From assembly GCA_014860115.1 (NCBI GenBank), contig JACZKK010000158.1, positions 5,176-69,175 of the forward strand: a stretch of 64,000 nt of DNA, given 5' to 3'. Below the pieces are notes generated by a model. That model was not told the DNA's origin, did no database searches, and saw only the letters and a list, made by a program, of their open reading frames with translations. Below, one piece after another: positions 36,908 to 46,840 of the stretch (its first letter is position 1; each line of letters begins with the position of its first letter). The DNA comes from Ignavibacteriaceae bacterium. Lineage in GTDB: Bacteria; Bacteroidota; Ignavibacteria; Ignavibacteriales; Ignavibacteriaceae. A program made the position numbers and the translations under genes.

Positions 36908-37552
36908 TCAGACTTCGGTATCTTCTTCTTCTAAGTCAAATTCAAATTTGAACTTTTTCAGCTTTGGCAGATTTTCTTTGAGTTCCTTTTGGAGCTTTTC
37001 CATCTCTTCCTTGAATTCTTTATCATTGAACTTGAATTTGTAAATGTGATCTTTGTTCTCTTCAAGCTCTTTCTTCAGATCTTCCATTTCCTTTTTAAAT
37101 TCTTCACTATCAAAGTAATGGAACTGAAAATTCTCCTTGAGCTCCGGTAACTCCTTTTGCATTTCTTCCAGTTCTTTATGAAGCTCCTCCATATCAAAAT
37201 GGAAATCCACTCCAACGACAAGAGGCATATGGAATTTAAATTTCCTGTCGCCGAATCTCATATCATCAAGCTGGTCGTAAACTTTTTCTTTGTAGTCAGA
37301 AACAAGATCATCCGGTATTCTTTTTCCATTTTTATAAATTGATGTTATTTCATCACCAAAGAAATTTACCTCCCAATGAATTCTTTCGTCACCATTATTT
37401 TCATAGAAGGAAAGATATTTTGAAGAATCCTTATTGAGAGAATCGGTTGGTGTGCCAGCACAGGATATGGAGCTTAATCCGATAAGAAAAAGTACCGTCA
37501 GCAAAATGGGAATTGCTGATTTAGTTTTCGGAATAGTTGAAAAAAAGTTCAT
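36908..37552 (-). CDS. lipoprotein with highly charged periodic C-terminal repeats
   Basis: 214 aa. 'LSSISCAG' lipobox. The C-terminal half is Glu/Lys/Phe-rich repeats. Confidence 0.55.
   Translation of the reverse strand: MNFFSTIPKTKSAIPILLTVLFLIGLSSISCAGTPTDSLNKDSSKYLSFYENNGDERIHWEVNFFGDEITSIYKNGKRIPDDLVSDYKEKVYDQLDDMRFGDRKFKFHMPLVVGVDFHFDMEELHKELEEMQKELPELKENFQFHYFDSEEFKKEMEDLKKELEENKDHIYKFKFNDKEFKEEMEKLQKELKENLPKLKKFKFEFDLEEEDTEV
36911..37246 (-). repeat. about four tandem ~28-aa coding repeats (F-x-F...E-F-K-x-E-M-E-x-L-x-K-E-L-x-E-N)
   Basis: 'FHFDMEELHKELEEMQKELPELKEN', 'FQFHYFDSEEFKKEMEDLKKELEEN', 'KFKFNDKEFKEEMEKLQKELKEN', 'KFKFEFDLEEE' read in the translation. Confidence 0.5.
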
Positions 37553-37712
37553 GGTTTGTCCTGTTTAATTGTTAATAATCCGTCCCCTTTTGGGCTTCTC
37601 TGAAAATTATGACGCAATTAACCGGATGAAGTTTCAATTCTCATTCATTATTTGAATTATGAACTAATTCGCTGATAGGTGGTTGTTCGAAAGGTTGAAA
37701 AGATATTGGAAT

Positions 37713-38141
37713 TTACTTCCAGAATCCGTACTTCTTAATGTGCCTGTAGGCCATATAACCAACGGCACCTGCCTGCACTGCTCCTAAAACGTATCTTACC
37801 ATATCAAATTCAGAGTCCCTGAGATATTGCTGATATAGTGGTGAAGTAAAGTGCGTATTGATATCCCCTAAATCTGATTGTGAGTGGTTCATTATTAAAA
37901 GTTCTGTGCGAAGCCAGACAGTTGAAGGATTATCATTAAACAAAATGTTATCAGGTATATTCGGGACAATTGGTTTGCTGAATATTTCATTCGGGTTATA
38001 TTGAAATTCTACCGGAGGGACGATGCCTTGAAATCTTGTCGTAGAATCCGGAAGTTGATTCTGATAAGTTTCTTCAACCTGCGAATATGAAATGCAGACA
38101 AATAAACTCAGAGCACAAAGTATTTTCAATCCTGTTGTCAT
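37713..38141 (-). CDS. hypothetical secreted protein
   Basis: The track start 38183 lies inside the terminator of the upstream gene. Met at 38141 gives the signal-like 'MTTGLKILCALSLFVCISYSQ'. Confidence 0.5.
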   Translation of the reverse strand: MTTGLKILCALSLFVCISYSQVEETYQNQLPDSTTRFQGIVPPVEFQYNPNEIFSKPIVPNIPDNILFNDNPSTVWLRTELLIMNHSQSDLGDINTHFTSPLYQQYLRDSEFDMVRYVLGAVQAGAVGYMAYRHIKKYGFWK

Positions 38142-38145
38142 ATTC

Positions 38146-38187
38146 AAAAATAAAAAAGCTGTGGACTCAAATATTATATCCACAGCT
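38146..38187 (-). terminator. rho-independent terminator for the S9 peptidase gene
   Basis: agctgtgga (38157-38165) pairs with tccacagct (38179-38187), 13-nt loop. The minus strand continues TTTTTTATTTTT. Confidence 0.7.
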
Positions 38188-38205
38188 AAAAATAAATTAA
38201 GATGA

Positions 38206-40152
38206 TTATTTCAACAAGTACTTTTCATAGAATAAAACTTCAGACCAGATGTAGTAGTCACGGTTAGTCTTCTTTCTGAAACCGTGTCCTTCATCTTTTG
38301 CAAGAAGATACCATACTTCGCCGCCATTCTTTCTTACAACATCTACAATCTGCTCAGCTTCCGTATAAGGAACACGTGGATCGTTCAATCCCTGAACAAC
38401 AAATAATGGCTTCGTAATTTTGTGCGCATTTGTCGTTGGTGAAATACTGTTAAGAAATTTATTCATTTCAGGATCGCGTTCATCACCATATTCAACTCTT
38501 CTTAAATCTCTTCTATAATCTTGCGTGTTATTTAAAAATGTGACGAAGTTACTTATGCCCACAATATCAACTCCGCATTTAATTCTGTCATTGTAGTTAA
38601 ACATTGATGACAGCACCATATAACCGCCATAAGATCCTCCATTAACGGCAACCCGTTTTGCATCTAGGTCAGGCTGTTTCTCAATCCAGTCTAGTAATGC
38701 ACCAATATCTTTCACTGAATGCTCTCTGTTATATCCGTTATCAAGCGCAAGATAAGATTTCCCGTATCCTGTTGAACCACGAACGTTTGGTTCAATAATC
38801 GCAATCCCCATTTCATTAATATAATATTGATTTATTGGAGCAAATGATGGTGTTGCCTGACCCTCGGGACCTCCGTGAATATCAATTACAACTGGGTGCG
38901 GCCCATCGCCTTTTGGTTTATAAATAAATGCCTGGATCATTCTTGGTTTGCCATCAACTTCATCGAAAGTTGGATAATGAATCAACTCCGGAATTACAAA
39001 CTCTGATGTGTTCAATCCCCCTGCCTCGCTGTATGTCCAGCGCTCAAGAGAATAGTCCGATAAGTTTATTACAAAAACATCTCCTGGAGTTTGAGGCGTA
39101 TTTAAGATGAGTGCAAGTTTTTTTCCATCAGGATGAAATGATAATCCGTAAACCTGACCAACGGGAATTCCAGGTATTTTTTCATGTTTCATTGCTTTGG
39201 TATCGAGAAGATAAAGTTTACTCAAACCATCTTCATTAACTGTGAAGGCAAGACTTTCACCATTATCAGAAATGGTCATAGATTCAACATCCCAATTAAT
39301 ATCTTCAGTCAGAACAGTAATATTTTTTGTTTGAAGATCATAAAAACGGAGTCTTTGAAATTCACTCTTCTCATCGGAAGTAAAAAAGATTCCCTTGCCG
39401 TCTTTAGAAAATATGGTGCTGCCATAAGCAATCTTTTCGGGAGAAGGATTAACCTGTGTTAATGTTTTCGTGGCAATATCGAGAAGGTAGAAATAACTTT
39501 CATTTGCTGAAATGTATTTCCCCACAATCAGAGAATTATCATCCGGTGACCAATCTGCCGCACCCCACGCACCGCCTTCACTTAAAACCATCTCTGCATT
39601 TTCAGGATTGTTTATATCAGCAATGTAGATATCCCAATCAGTGCCATTTCTTTTTGTACTAAAGAAAGAAAATTTATCTCCTTTATTATTCCACGACACG
39701 CCGCCATTGCTTGATTTGCCGTCCGTCAGCATTTTGAATGTTCCGGTTTCCATATCGAATGAAAATATCTGGTAGAATTCACCTCCGCCAACATCCTTTG
39801 AGAATAGAAAAATATTTTTAGTTTTATCCGGACAAACAGTCGCGCCGCCAACCGGTTCATTAAAAAATGTAATTTGTTCTCTTGATCCGCCCGGCATTTT
39901 GACTTTATGAAATTGTGCAGTTTCTCCAAAGCGTGTAGAAATTAAAATACCCGCATCGTTATGCAGCCAATCCTGGAATGATGCTGATCGTGTGCTTTGA
40001 TATTGAAAAATTCTGTCTTTCAATTGCTGAGGAATTTCAGGAATGTTTTCGATTACAAGATTTCCAAGTTCTTTTCTTTCAACCTGAGCAATTCCTGAAG
40101 AGTATGGAATAATGAATGAAAGAATGAAAAAGAGTGATAATATTTTTTTCAT
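38206..40152 (-). CDS. S9-family serine peptidase (prolyl oligopeptidase/dipeptidyl peptidase type) with N-terminal beta-propeller
   Basis: 648 aa. Signal peptide. Nucleophile 'NGGSYGGYM'. 'VVQGLNDPRV' Asp region. 'AKDEGHGF' His. Confidence 0.9.
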   Translation of the reverse strand: MKKILSLFFILSFIIPYSSGIAQVERKELGNLVIENIPEIPQQLKDRIFQYQSTRSASFQDWLHNDAGILISTRFGETAQFHKVKMPGGSREQITFFNEPVGGATVCPDKTKNIFLFSKDVGGGEFYQIFSFDMETGTFKMLTDGKSSNGGVSWNNKGDKFSFFSTKRNGTDWDIYIADINNPENAEMVLSEGGAWGAADWSPDDNSLIVGKYISANESYFYLLDIATKTLTQVNPSPEKIAYGSTIFSKDGKGIFFTSDEKSEFQRLRFYDLQTKNITVLTEDINWDVESMTISDNGESLAFTVNEDGLSKLYLLDTKAMKHEKIPGIPVGQVYGLSFHPDGKKLALILNTPQTPGDVFVINLSDYSLERWTYSEAGGLNTSEFVIPELIHYPTFDEVDGKPRMIQAFIYKPKGDGPHPVVIDIHGGPEGQATPSFAPINQYYINEMGIAIIEPNVRGSTGYGKSYLALDNGYNREHSVKDIGALLDWIEKQPDLDAKRVAVNGGSYGGYMVLSSMFNYNDRIKCGVDIVGISNFVTFLNNTQDYRRDLRRVEYGDERDPEMNKFLNSISPTTNAHKITKPLFVVQGLNDPRVPYTEAEQIVDVVRKNGGEVWYLLAKDEGHGFRKKTNRDYYIWSEVLFYEKYLLK

Positions 40153-40182
40153 TGGCGTACTCCTTTATAGTTATTAGAGAAT

Positions 40183-41298
40183 TTAAGTTTTGTCTATTCT
40201 TATATCTTTATCCTTCAGATAGGAAATAATATAATTAAAACAATTTTCATCTTCACCGAGGAATTCCGGTGGGCAAATTCCTATTCGATCGTAGTTATGA
40301 TCAAGCAAATATCTTGCAGCAGCACAACAAGTAAATCCTGTTGTTCTTGCCATCGATGAATTATCTTCTTTGGGATCGTACTCGTCAAAAACAAAATAGT
40401 GATGGGATAATTTTTTGCCGTTCTGATATCCATCAATTAAAATATCCAGCACTGTGAAATCTTTTTCTCCTTTTCCCGGCGACCAAAACGGAAAAAGTAA
40501 TTTGGCAGTCAGATCAACAGGCTTAATTTTCTTTCCGTTCACTTCAATTTCTTTTTCATTAAACAATCCAACCTCCCGGAAAATTTTCATCAGCTCAATA
40601 TGACCGGGATAGCGCATTGTCTTTTCAATCATATTCGGGATTTTCATCGTCTTAAGTAAAGATCTCAATCCATCTGTGTTAAAAGTTTCAAGCTCGCCGA
40701 CTTCATCAAAATGAATTATTTCCGGATCGGACAGTGCTTCCTTCTCAATTATTTTTCCGTCAACAACCAATCTTGCAGGACGTGTATATTCAGCAATCAC
40801 ATCAATCGGAGAAAAGAATGCTTTGTATTCAAATGGCCATTCACGCTTGTAAGGAAGTCCGCCAACCAGACATTTGTAATTTGATATTTTCATTTTCTGG
40901 TTGTGATAACCGAGGATGACATTTGCTAAGCCCGGTGCAACTCCGCAATCAACAATTGCGGTGACATCTTTTTTCATTGCAAGTTCATCAAGCAGAAAAG
41001 GATCTTCGGAAAAAAAAGAAATATCAACTACATTTTTACCCGCTTTGATTATTGATTTCAACGCTTTAAATCCCATAAATCCTGGAAGCGCACAAATTAC
41101 CAAATCATAATTGCTAATTACTTTTTTAATTCCAGAATCAGATGAAAGATCGGTTTTAAGCGTTTTAATTTTTCTGTCTTTGAGTTCTTTCAGCCGGACG
41201 GGGTTTGTATCAACTGCAGTTATTTGATAATCTTTTGATAGTTCAATTGCTATCGTTCTTCCAACTAAACCTGCACCGAGGATTACAACTTTTTTCAT
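40183..41298 (-). CDS. saccharopine dehydrogenase-family NAD(P)-binding oxidoreductase
   Basis: 371 aa. 'KVVILGAGLVGRTIA' Rossmann motif. The remainder is colinear with Sacchrp_dh_NADP/Sacchrp_dh_C proteins as recalled. Confidence 0.8.
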   Translation of the reverse strand: MKKVVILGAGLVGRTIAIELSKDYQITAVDTNPVRLKELKDRKIKTLKTDLSSDSGIKKVISNYDLVICALPGFMGFKALKSIIKAGKNVVDISFFSEDPFLLDELAMKKDVTAIVDCGVAPGLANVILGYHNQKMKISNYKCLVGGLPYKREWPFEYKAFFSPIDVIAEYTRPARLVVDGKIIEKEALSDPEIIHFDEVGELETFNTDGLRSLLKTMKIPNMIEKTMRYPGHIELMKIFREVGLFNEKEIEVNGKKIKPVDLTAKLLFPFWSPGKGEKDFTVLDILIDGYQNGKKLSHHYFVFDEYDPKEDNSSMARTTGFTCCAAARYLLDHNYDRIGICPPEFLGEDENCFNYIISYLKDKDIRIDKT

Positions 41299-41311
41299 AT
41301 TTAAATCTTTA

Positions 41312-43330
41312 TTATACTTTTTTCAACTTAGAAATAAGAGATTTAACTTTTTGTACAACAGCCTCTTTTGTAAAGCCGTACTCATTGAACAGAACTTCAT
41401 AAGGAGCTGATGCGCCAAATTTTTCAATGCTGATAGCCTTACCATAATCGCCGAGATATTTTTCCCAACCCTGTTTAACTCCGGCTTCAATTGAAATTCT
41501 TGCTTTTATTAATTTAGGAAGAACTGATTCTTTGTATTCATCTGATTGTGCTTCAAACAATTCCCAGCTTGGGAAGCTTACAACTCTTGCATTTATACCT
41601 TCCGATTGAAGAGCATTATACGCTTCAACAGCAAGCGAAACTTCAGAACCCGACGCCATTAGTATAACTTCGGGATTATTTTCCGATTGAACGAGAATGT
41701 ATGCACCTTTTACTAAGTTTTCTGATGAAAAAAACTTTGTTCTGTCGAGAACAGGAACTTTCTGTCTTGTAAGTGCAAGTGCAACCGGACTTGCTTTGTG
41801 CTCAATTGCAACTTTCCAGGCCTCAACAGTTTCATTTGCATCTGCAGGCCTGATTACAACCACTTTAGGTATTGCACGAAGTGAAGCTAGGTGTTCTATT
41901 GGCTGATGAGTTGGTCCGTCTTCACCAAGACCGACACTGTCGTGAGTAAAAACATAAATAGGTCTTACACCGGAAAGAGATGCAAGTCTAATTGATGGTC
42001 GCATATAATCGGAAAAAACCATAAAAGTTCCTCCGTACGGAATTACTCCGCCGTACAAAGCCATTCCGTTTAATATTCCGCCCATTCCGTGTTCGCGAAT
42101 TCCAAAATGAAAATTTCTTCCGTTCCTGTTTTCTGCTGAGAACTTTGCTGACTCCTTTATATAAGTATTATTTGAAGGTTCAAGATCTGCTGATCCACCA
42201 ATAAGTGTTGGAAGATGTTTTGCAATTGCATTTATTACACTTCCAGATGCATTTCTAGTTGGAACATTTTCACCATACTTAGTAAAAGCTGGCAAAGCAT
42301 TCTTCCACTCATCACCAAATTCATTGTTGAAAACTTTTACGAATTGCTCTGCCTCAGCGGGATATTTTTTCTTATAAGTTTCAAAAAATTTGTTCCATTC
42401 GTTTTCATAATTAGTGAAAGTACTTTTCATTATACTGAAATGATCGGCTACTTCATCAGGGATATAAAAAAATTTGTTCTCATCCCAATGAAGACTTTTC
42501 TTTGCCAGTTTCACTTCTTCTTCTCCAAGCGGTGATCCGTGAGCTGAAGAAGTGTCCTGCTTGTTTGGGCTTCCAAAACCAATGTGTGTTTTAGTGATTA
42601 TTAATGTTGGTCTGTTTGTTTCTTTTTGTCCTTCTTCTACTGCTCTGTCAATTTGTGAAAGATCATTTACATCATCGACATTTAAAACCTGCCAGTTGTA
42701 AGCTTCAAATCTTTTTTTGACATCTTCTGAAAATGCAAGACTTGTTTTCCCATCGATTGTAATTCCGTTATCATCATAAAATAAAATAATTTTCCCAAGT
42801 TTAAGATGTCCTGCAAGCGAAGCTGCTTCGTGAGAGATTCCTTCCATCAAATCTCCATCACTGCAGATTCCATAAATGAAGTGATCGAGAATCTGTACAT
42901 CCTGCTTATTAAAAAGTGAGCCAAGATATTCCTGTGCTATTGCCATTCCGACAGCATTTGCAAAACCCTGTCCCAATGGTCCTGTTGTGGTTTCAACACC
43001 AGGAGCTAATCCGAATTCAGGATGACCGGGAGTAATACTTCCGAACTGTCTGAAGTTTTTCAAATCATCCATTGATATTTTGTAGCCGCAGAGATGAAGA
43101 ATGGAATATAACAGCATACTTCCGTGACCTGCGGAAAGAATAAATCTGTCGCGGTTCAGCCAGTTTCGGTTTGCAGGATTGTGCTTCATAAACTTTGTGT
43201 AAAGACGATAAGCAATTGGTGCGCAGCCCATCGGCATTCCCGGATGACCGGAGTTTGCTTTCTGAACTGCATCAACAGCAAGGAAACGTATTGTGTTAAT
43301 TGAAAGTTGTTGTAAATCTTTTTCGGGCAT
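41312..43330 (-). CDS. tkt: transketolase
   Basis: 672 aa. 'ANSGHPGMPMGCAP', 'RDRFILSAGHGSMLLYS', 'GPLGQGFANAVGMA', 'GDLMEGISHEA', 'THDSVGLGEDGPTHQPIEHL'. Confidence 0.95.
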   Translation of the reverse strand: MPEKDLQQLSINTIRFLAVDAVQKANSGHPGMPMGCAPIAYRLYTKFMKHNPANRNWLNRDRFILSAGHGSMLLYSILHLCGYKISMDDLKNFRQFGSITPGHPEFGLAPGVETTTGPLGQGFANAVGMAIAQEYLGSLFNKQDVQILDHFIYGICSDGDLMEGISHEAASLAGHLKLGKIILFYDDNGITIDGKTSLAFSEDVKKRFEAYNWQVLNVDDVNDLSQIDRAVEEGQKETNRPTLIITKTHIGFGSPNKQDTSSAHGSPLGEEEVKLAKKSLHWDENKFFYIPDEVADHFSIMKSTFTNYENEWNKFFETYKKKYPAEAEQFVKVFNNEFGDEWKNALPAFTKYGENVPTRNASGSVINAIAKHLPTLIGGSADLEPSNNTYIKESAKFSAENRNGRNFHFGIREHGMGGILNGMALYGGVIPYGGTFMVFSDYMRPSIRLASLSGVRPIYVFTHDSVGLGEDGPTHQPIEHLASLRAIPKVVVIRPADANETVEAWKVAIEHKASPVALALTRQKVPVLDRTKFFSSENLVKGAYILVQSENNPEVILMASGSEVSLAVEAYNALQSEGINARVVSFPSWELFEAQSDEYKESVLPKLIKARISIEAGVKQGWEKYLGDYGKAISIEKFGASAPYEVLFNEYGFTKEAVVQKVKSLISKLKKV

Positions 43331-43505
43331 TAGAATCTCCGTTATTGAGAATTTTTATTGGATAATGCAGGAGATTGATACACAAATAAAATTAGTAAAG
43401 CTCCGACTAGAACCAGAAAAATGCGTTCAATCTTTAATCAAAAATTACGGCTAAATTTGAGGAATTAAAATATTTTTTTGAACTAAAAAATTTAGGGATG
43501 ATGTC

Positions 43506-44894
43506 TTACTTCCTAAACTGTCTGATAAAATCTTCCACTTCCGGTAAGCCTCCCTGATAGATGAGATAGCCGTTGCTTGGTTCACGTTCTGTAATTTCCC
43601 CGGCAATTGGAGTGAGCATAATCTCTTTTACTTTTTCGGGATCGTCCGTTTGTCCTAAAGCCCAGCCAAGTTTTACGTAAGCAACTTCGGGTAACATATT
43701 TGCGGCGGGAATAACTCCTAGTTCCATCATATCTCGTCCGGTGTCGTAAACATACATCTGCACATAGCCCCACAGAGTCTGCACTGTCATATAAACCGCA
43801 ACATTTTTTTCTTTCGCACGTTTGAGTGCGGGATACATTGGTTTGTTAACGTGTCCAAGCCCTGTTCCTGCAATAACAATTCCTCTATAACCGTTATCAA
43901 CAAGAGAATCAATTATATCCGGCTGCATATTCGGATAGTAGTAAACGATGCTTACTTTTTCTTCAAACACAGGATTGATGATTACATCTTTGTCTTTTCT
44001 TCTTCGCTTGTAATCGTTTCTTATTGGAGTTATTTTTTCTCTGCTCACTGTTGCAATCGGAATATCGCCAATTGTTCTGAAAGTTGAACGATAGCTCGAG
44101 TGCATTTTTCTTACTCGTGTTCCGCGATGAAGGAGCGCATACATGTCAGAAGTGGGACCAAACATACAAACCATTACCTCAGCAATATCACTTTCAGATG
44201 CGGTCTTTACTGAATGGATTAAGTTAAGTGCAGCATCTGATGATGGTCTGTCACTTGAACGCTGCGAACCAACCATCACTATCGGAACAGGAGGATTCTG
44301 AACCATAAAAGATAATGCCGCTGCTGTATGATGCATAATATCTGTTCCATGACCAATTACAATTCCTTGCACACCTTTTTCAATTTCTTTTCCGATTGCT
44401 TCGGCAACACCCTTCCAGTGTTTCGGTCCGATGTTCTCGCTGAACTCACCGTAAAGTTTTTCAGTCTCGAGGTTGCAGTAGTCAGCAAGTTCCGGAACTG
44501 ATCCGTAAAGTTCTCCTGGTGAAAATGCGGGAATAACCGCACCGGTTCTGTAATCAAGTCGGCTTGCAATTGTTCCTCCGGTTCCAAGAAGCTTTACTCT
44601 GGGTTTTTTAGGATCGTAAGGAAATTCTTTTTCAGGAATTTTGTAGTGAGCTTCTTTTCTTCCAAGAATATTAATTGATTGAATTCTCTTTGCAGCTATT
44701 CCAATATTATAGCCGACAGGAATTTTTAGTACAATATGAAACTCATCTGCAGTTTCTGAACGAGGAAGAATGAGTCCTTTGAAATCACCGTCCGCAGTGC
44801 TTATTTCAACATCGCTCCAGACAAGTGCATTAAATTTTTGCAGAGTTTCTAAAGCTTGTCCTTTATAACCTTTATAGTCACTATTATTTGGCAT
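43506..44894 (-). CDS. gatD: Glu-tRNA(Gln) amidotransferase subunit D (archaeal-type GatD, asparaginase-like)
   Basis: 462 aa. 'LLGTGGTIASRLDYRTGAV', 'HGTDIMHHTAAALSF', 'GSQRSSDRPSSDAALNL', 'RVRKMHSSYRSTFRT', 'MLPEVAYVKLGWALGQTDDPEKV'. Colinear with methanogen GatD as I recall it. Confidence 0.85.
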   Translation of the reverse strand: MPNNSDYKGYKGQALETLQKFNALVWSDVEISTADGDFKGLILPRSETADEFHIVLKIPVGYNIGIAAKRIQSINILGRKEAHYKIPEKEFPYDPKKPRVKLLGTGGTIASRLDYRTGAVIPAFSPGELYGSVPELADYCNLETEKLYGEFSENIGPKHWKGVAEAIGKEIEKGVQGIVIGHGTDIMHHTAAALSFMVQNPPVPIVMVGSQRSSDRPSSDAALNLIHSVKTASESDIAEVMVCMFGPTSDMYALLHRGTRVRKMHSSYRSTFRTIGDIPIATVSREKITPIRNDYKRRRKDKDVIINPVFEEKVSIVYYYPNMQPDIIDSLVDNGYRGIVIAGTGLGHVNKPMYPALKRAKEKNVAVYMTVQTLWGYVQMYVYDTGRDMMELGVIPAANMLPEVAYVKLGWALGQTDDPEKVKEIMLTPIAGEITEREPSNGYLIYQGGLPEVEDFIRQFRK

Positions 44895-46815
44895 TCTTCA
44901 AACTCCTTTGAGGCAGATTAAGCTTTTGAGCAATATCTTTTGCGCTTATTCTTCCTCTCAGCTTATTCATTAATATCCCCATTATTATACTGCCGGCATT
45001 TTTATCCTTAATAAATTTCAACTTAGCCATCTGCTGCTCTGCAAAAAGAATTTCTTTTTCGAGATCGTTTTCACTGATTGGTTCAGGTATTATTTCTTCA
45101 ACAAACATTCCGAGTTCGGTGCTGATCTTCATTGCAGTGAGAATGAAATCATAAGTTAGTTTACCGTCTGCATACGCTTTCAGAATTGATAACATCATCT
45201 CTTCGTTTATCGAATCGATTACGTAACTGCTTTTGCTTAATCTTTTTGGATATTGAACTAAAATAACTGCGGCCGTTACCGGATTTATTTTCCATTCGCT
45301 CACGGCTTTTTTAAATAGCTCGGCATATTTTGAGATAGAGAGTTCATCAATTGTATCCGGTGGAATCTTTAATTCTTTGTACCACGCTTTTCGTTTCCAG
45401 AATTGTTCGGGAAGCCCGGATTTTATTTTATCAATCCGATCTTCAGCAATTTTCTTTGGAGGGAGATCTGTGTCGGGATACATTCTGTCAGCACCGGGAA
45501 GAATTCTTTCAAAACCATTTGTTCCATCACTCAAAGCTTGTCTTGTTTCTGATGGAATGCCGATAGTTGCTTCTTTTGAACGAATAATAATTTCATTAAC
45601 AGCAGTTTGAATATCATCATCGTTTGCCCAGACGATAATCAAGGTATCATTATCAGTTGCTTCAACATGCTTTTTAACTTTCAGCCAATCGGATGATGTG
45701 ATCGTATCTGTTCTGCTGTCTGAATGAATAATATTTGGAATAGTTGTTAAGCAAGCGATAACTCTTACTCTATCAGAAATTTCTTTAGAGAAATAAGTAT
45801 CGGTCTGCGTTTGCCATCGAAGCAAATCTTTAAATCCTTTAAGAACAACACACCTGATTTTCAATTTGCTTTCAACTGCATTTTTTAAAGGAATATAGTG
45901 AGGTTTTTTGATGAGAGAAGTAATATCAAAATCTTTTGCTTTGAATGTCTCGGGAGTGATTCCTCTTCTCTTCAGTTCTTCTCTTAATCTTAAAAGATTC
46001 CATTGTCGCATTGCTTCGTTATGAGTGAGTAGTGGAATCATTCCAATTTTCGGAACGCCTTTAATTTCTACGCGGGTTCCGCCTTCAACACTTACGTTTA
46101 CATCCTGTCTCGCCGCACCGATACCTCGCCTTACTTTGTGAGTGCTTCTTACAAGCTTTGCACAAATCCATCCGACTTCTGCTACTTCCTGAGGTGTCCG
46201 CATATCCGGACCGGTTACAGTTTCAATCAACGGCATTCCAAGGCGATCTGTCAGATAAATTCTGTTGTGATTATAATCAGCAACTTCCCTGCAGGAATCT
46301 TCTTCGATAGACATCTGAACTATTTTCACTTTTCTATCTTTGTAAGGAATCCAACCATCAACAGCATAAATTGCCGTTCGCTGAAAGCCTGTGGGAATGC
46401 TGCCGTCAAGGTACTGCTTGCGGGCAATGTGAAGTTCATCGACTAGCTTACAGTTATACAACATTCCTATTCCAAGAGCAATATCAAGCGCATCTTCGTT
46501 GATCAGGAAGGGCGGCGTGTCATCCATTTCATAAGTGCAGACGGTGTTTCTATTTATCCTGTAAATAATTTCTTTTTTTGTTTTGAATTCCATCAGAGCT
46601 GTGCCGTCATAAACACCTAACTCAGAAAGAGTTGGTCTCATATGACGAAGAATTTCAGCATCATAATTGTCGCTGTAAATTCCGGCGGGACATCTGCAGA
46701 ATAATTTTTTATCGGTTAAAAGCTGCTGGTGAATTTCGAGACCGGATTTGAAGCCTACCGTTTGGTAGTCGGCTTCTGTCATCTCTCCGAATGGTTTGAA
46801 GATAAATTCTTTCAT
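44884..46815 (-). CDS. gatE: Glu-tRNA(Gln) amidotransferase subunit E (archaeal-type GatE)
   Basis: 643 aa. 'DYQTVGFKSGLEIHQQLLTDKKLFCRCP' GatB/E N-terminus. 'MDDTPPF', 'ARQDVNVSV'. A ~130-aa insertion between the core and the 'RMYPDTDLPP' segment, as in GatE but not GatB. Overlaps gatD by 11 nt. Confidence 0.85.
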   Translation of the reverse strand: MKEFIFKPFGEMTEADYQTVGFKSGLEIHQQLLTDKKLFCRCPAGIYSDNYDAEILRHMRPTLSELGVYDGTALMEFKTKKEIIYRINRNTVCTYEMDDTPPFLINEDALDIALGIGMLYNCKLVDELHIARKQYLDGSIPTGFQRTAIYAVDGWIPYKDRKVKIVQMSIEEDSCREVADYNHNRIYLTDRLGMPLIETVTGPDMRTPQEVAEVGWICAKLVRSTHKVRRGIGAARQDVNVSVEGGTRVEIKGVPKIGMIPLLTHNEAMRQWNLLRLREELKRRGITPETFKAKDFDITSLIKKPHYIPLKNAVESKLKIRCVVLKGFKDLLRWQTQTDTYFSKEISDRVRVIACLTTIPNIIHSDSRTDTITSSDWLKVKKHVEATDNDTLIIVWANDDDIQTAVNEIIIRSKEATIGIPSETRQALSDGTNGFERILPGADRMYPDTDLPPKKIAEDRIDKIKSGLPEQFWKRKAWYKELKIPPDTIDELSISKYAELFKKAVSEWKINPVTAAVILVQYPKRLSKSSYVIDSINEEMMLSILKAYADGKLTYDFILTAMKISTELGMFVEEIIPEPISENDLEKEILFAEQQMAKLKFIKDKNAGSIIMGILMNKLRGRISAKDIAQKLNLPQRSLKNAK

Positions 46816-46840
46816 ATTTTCTTTTCTGTTCTGCTGTCAA

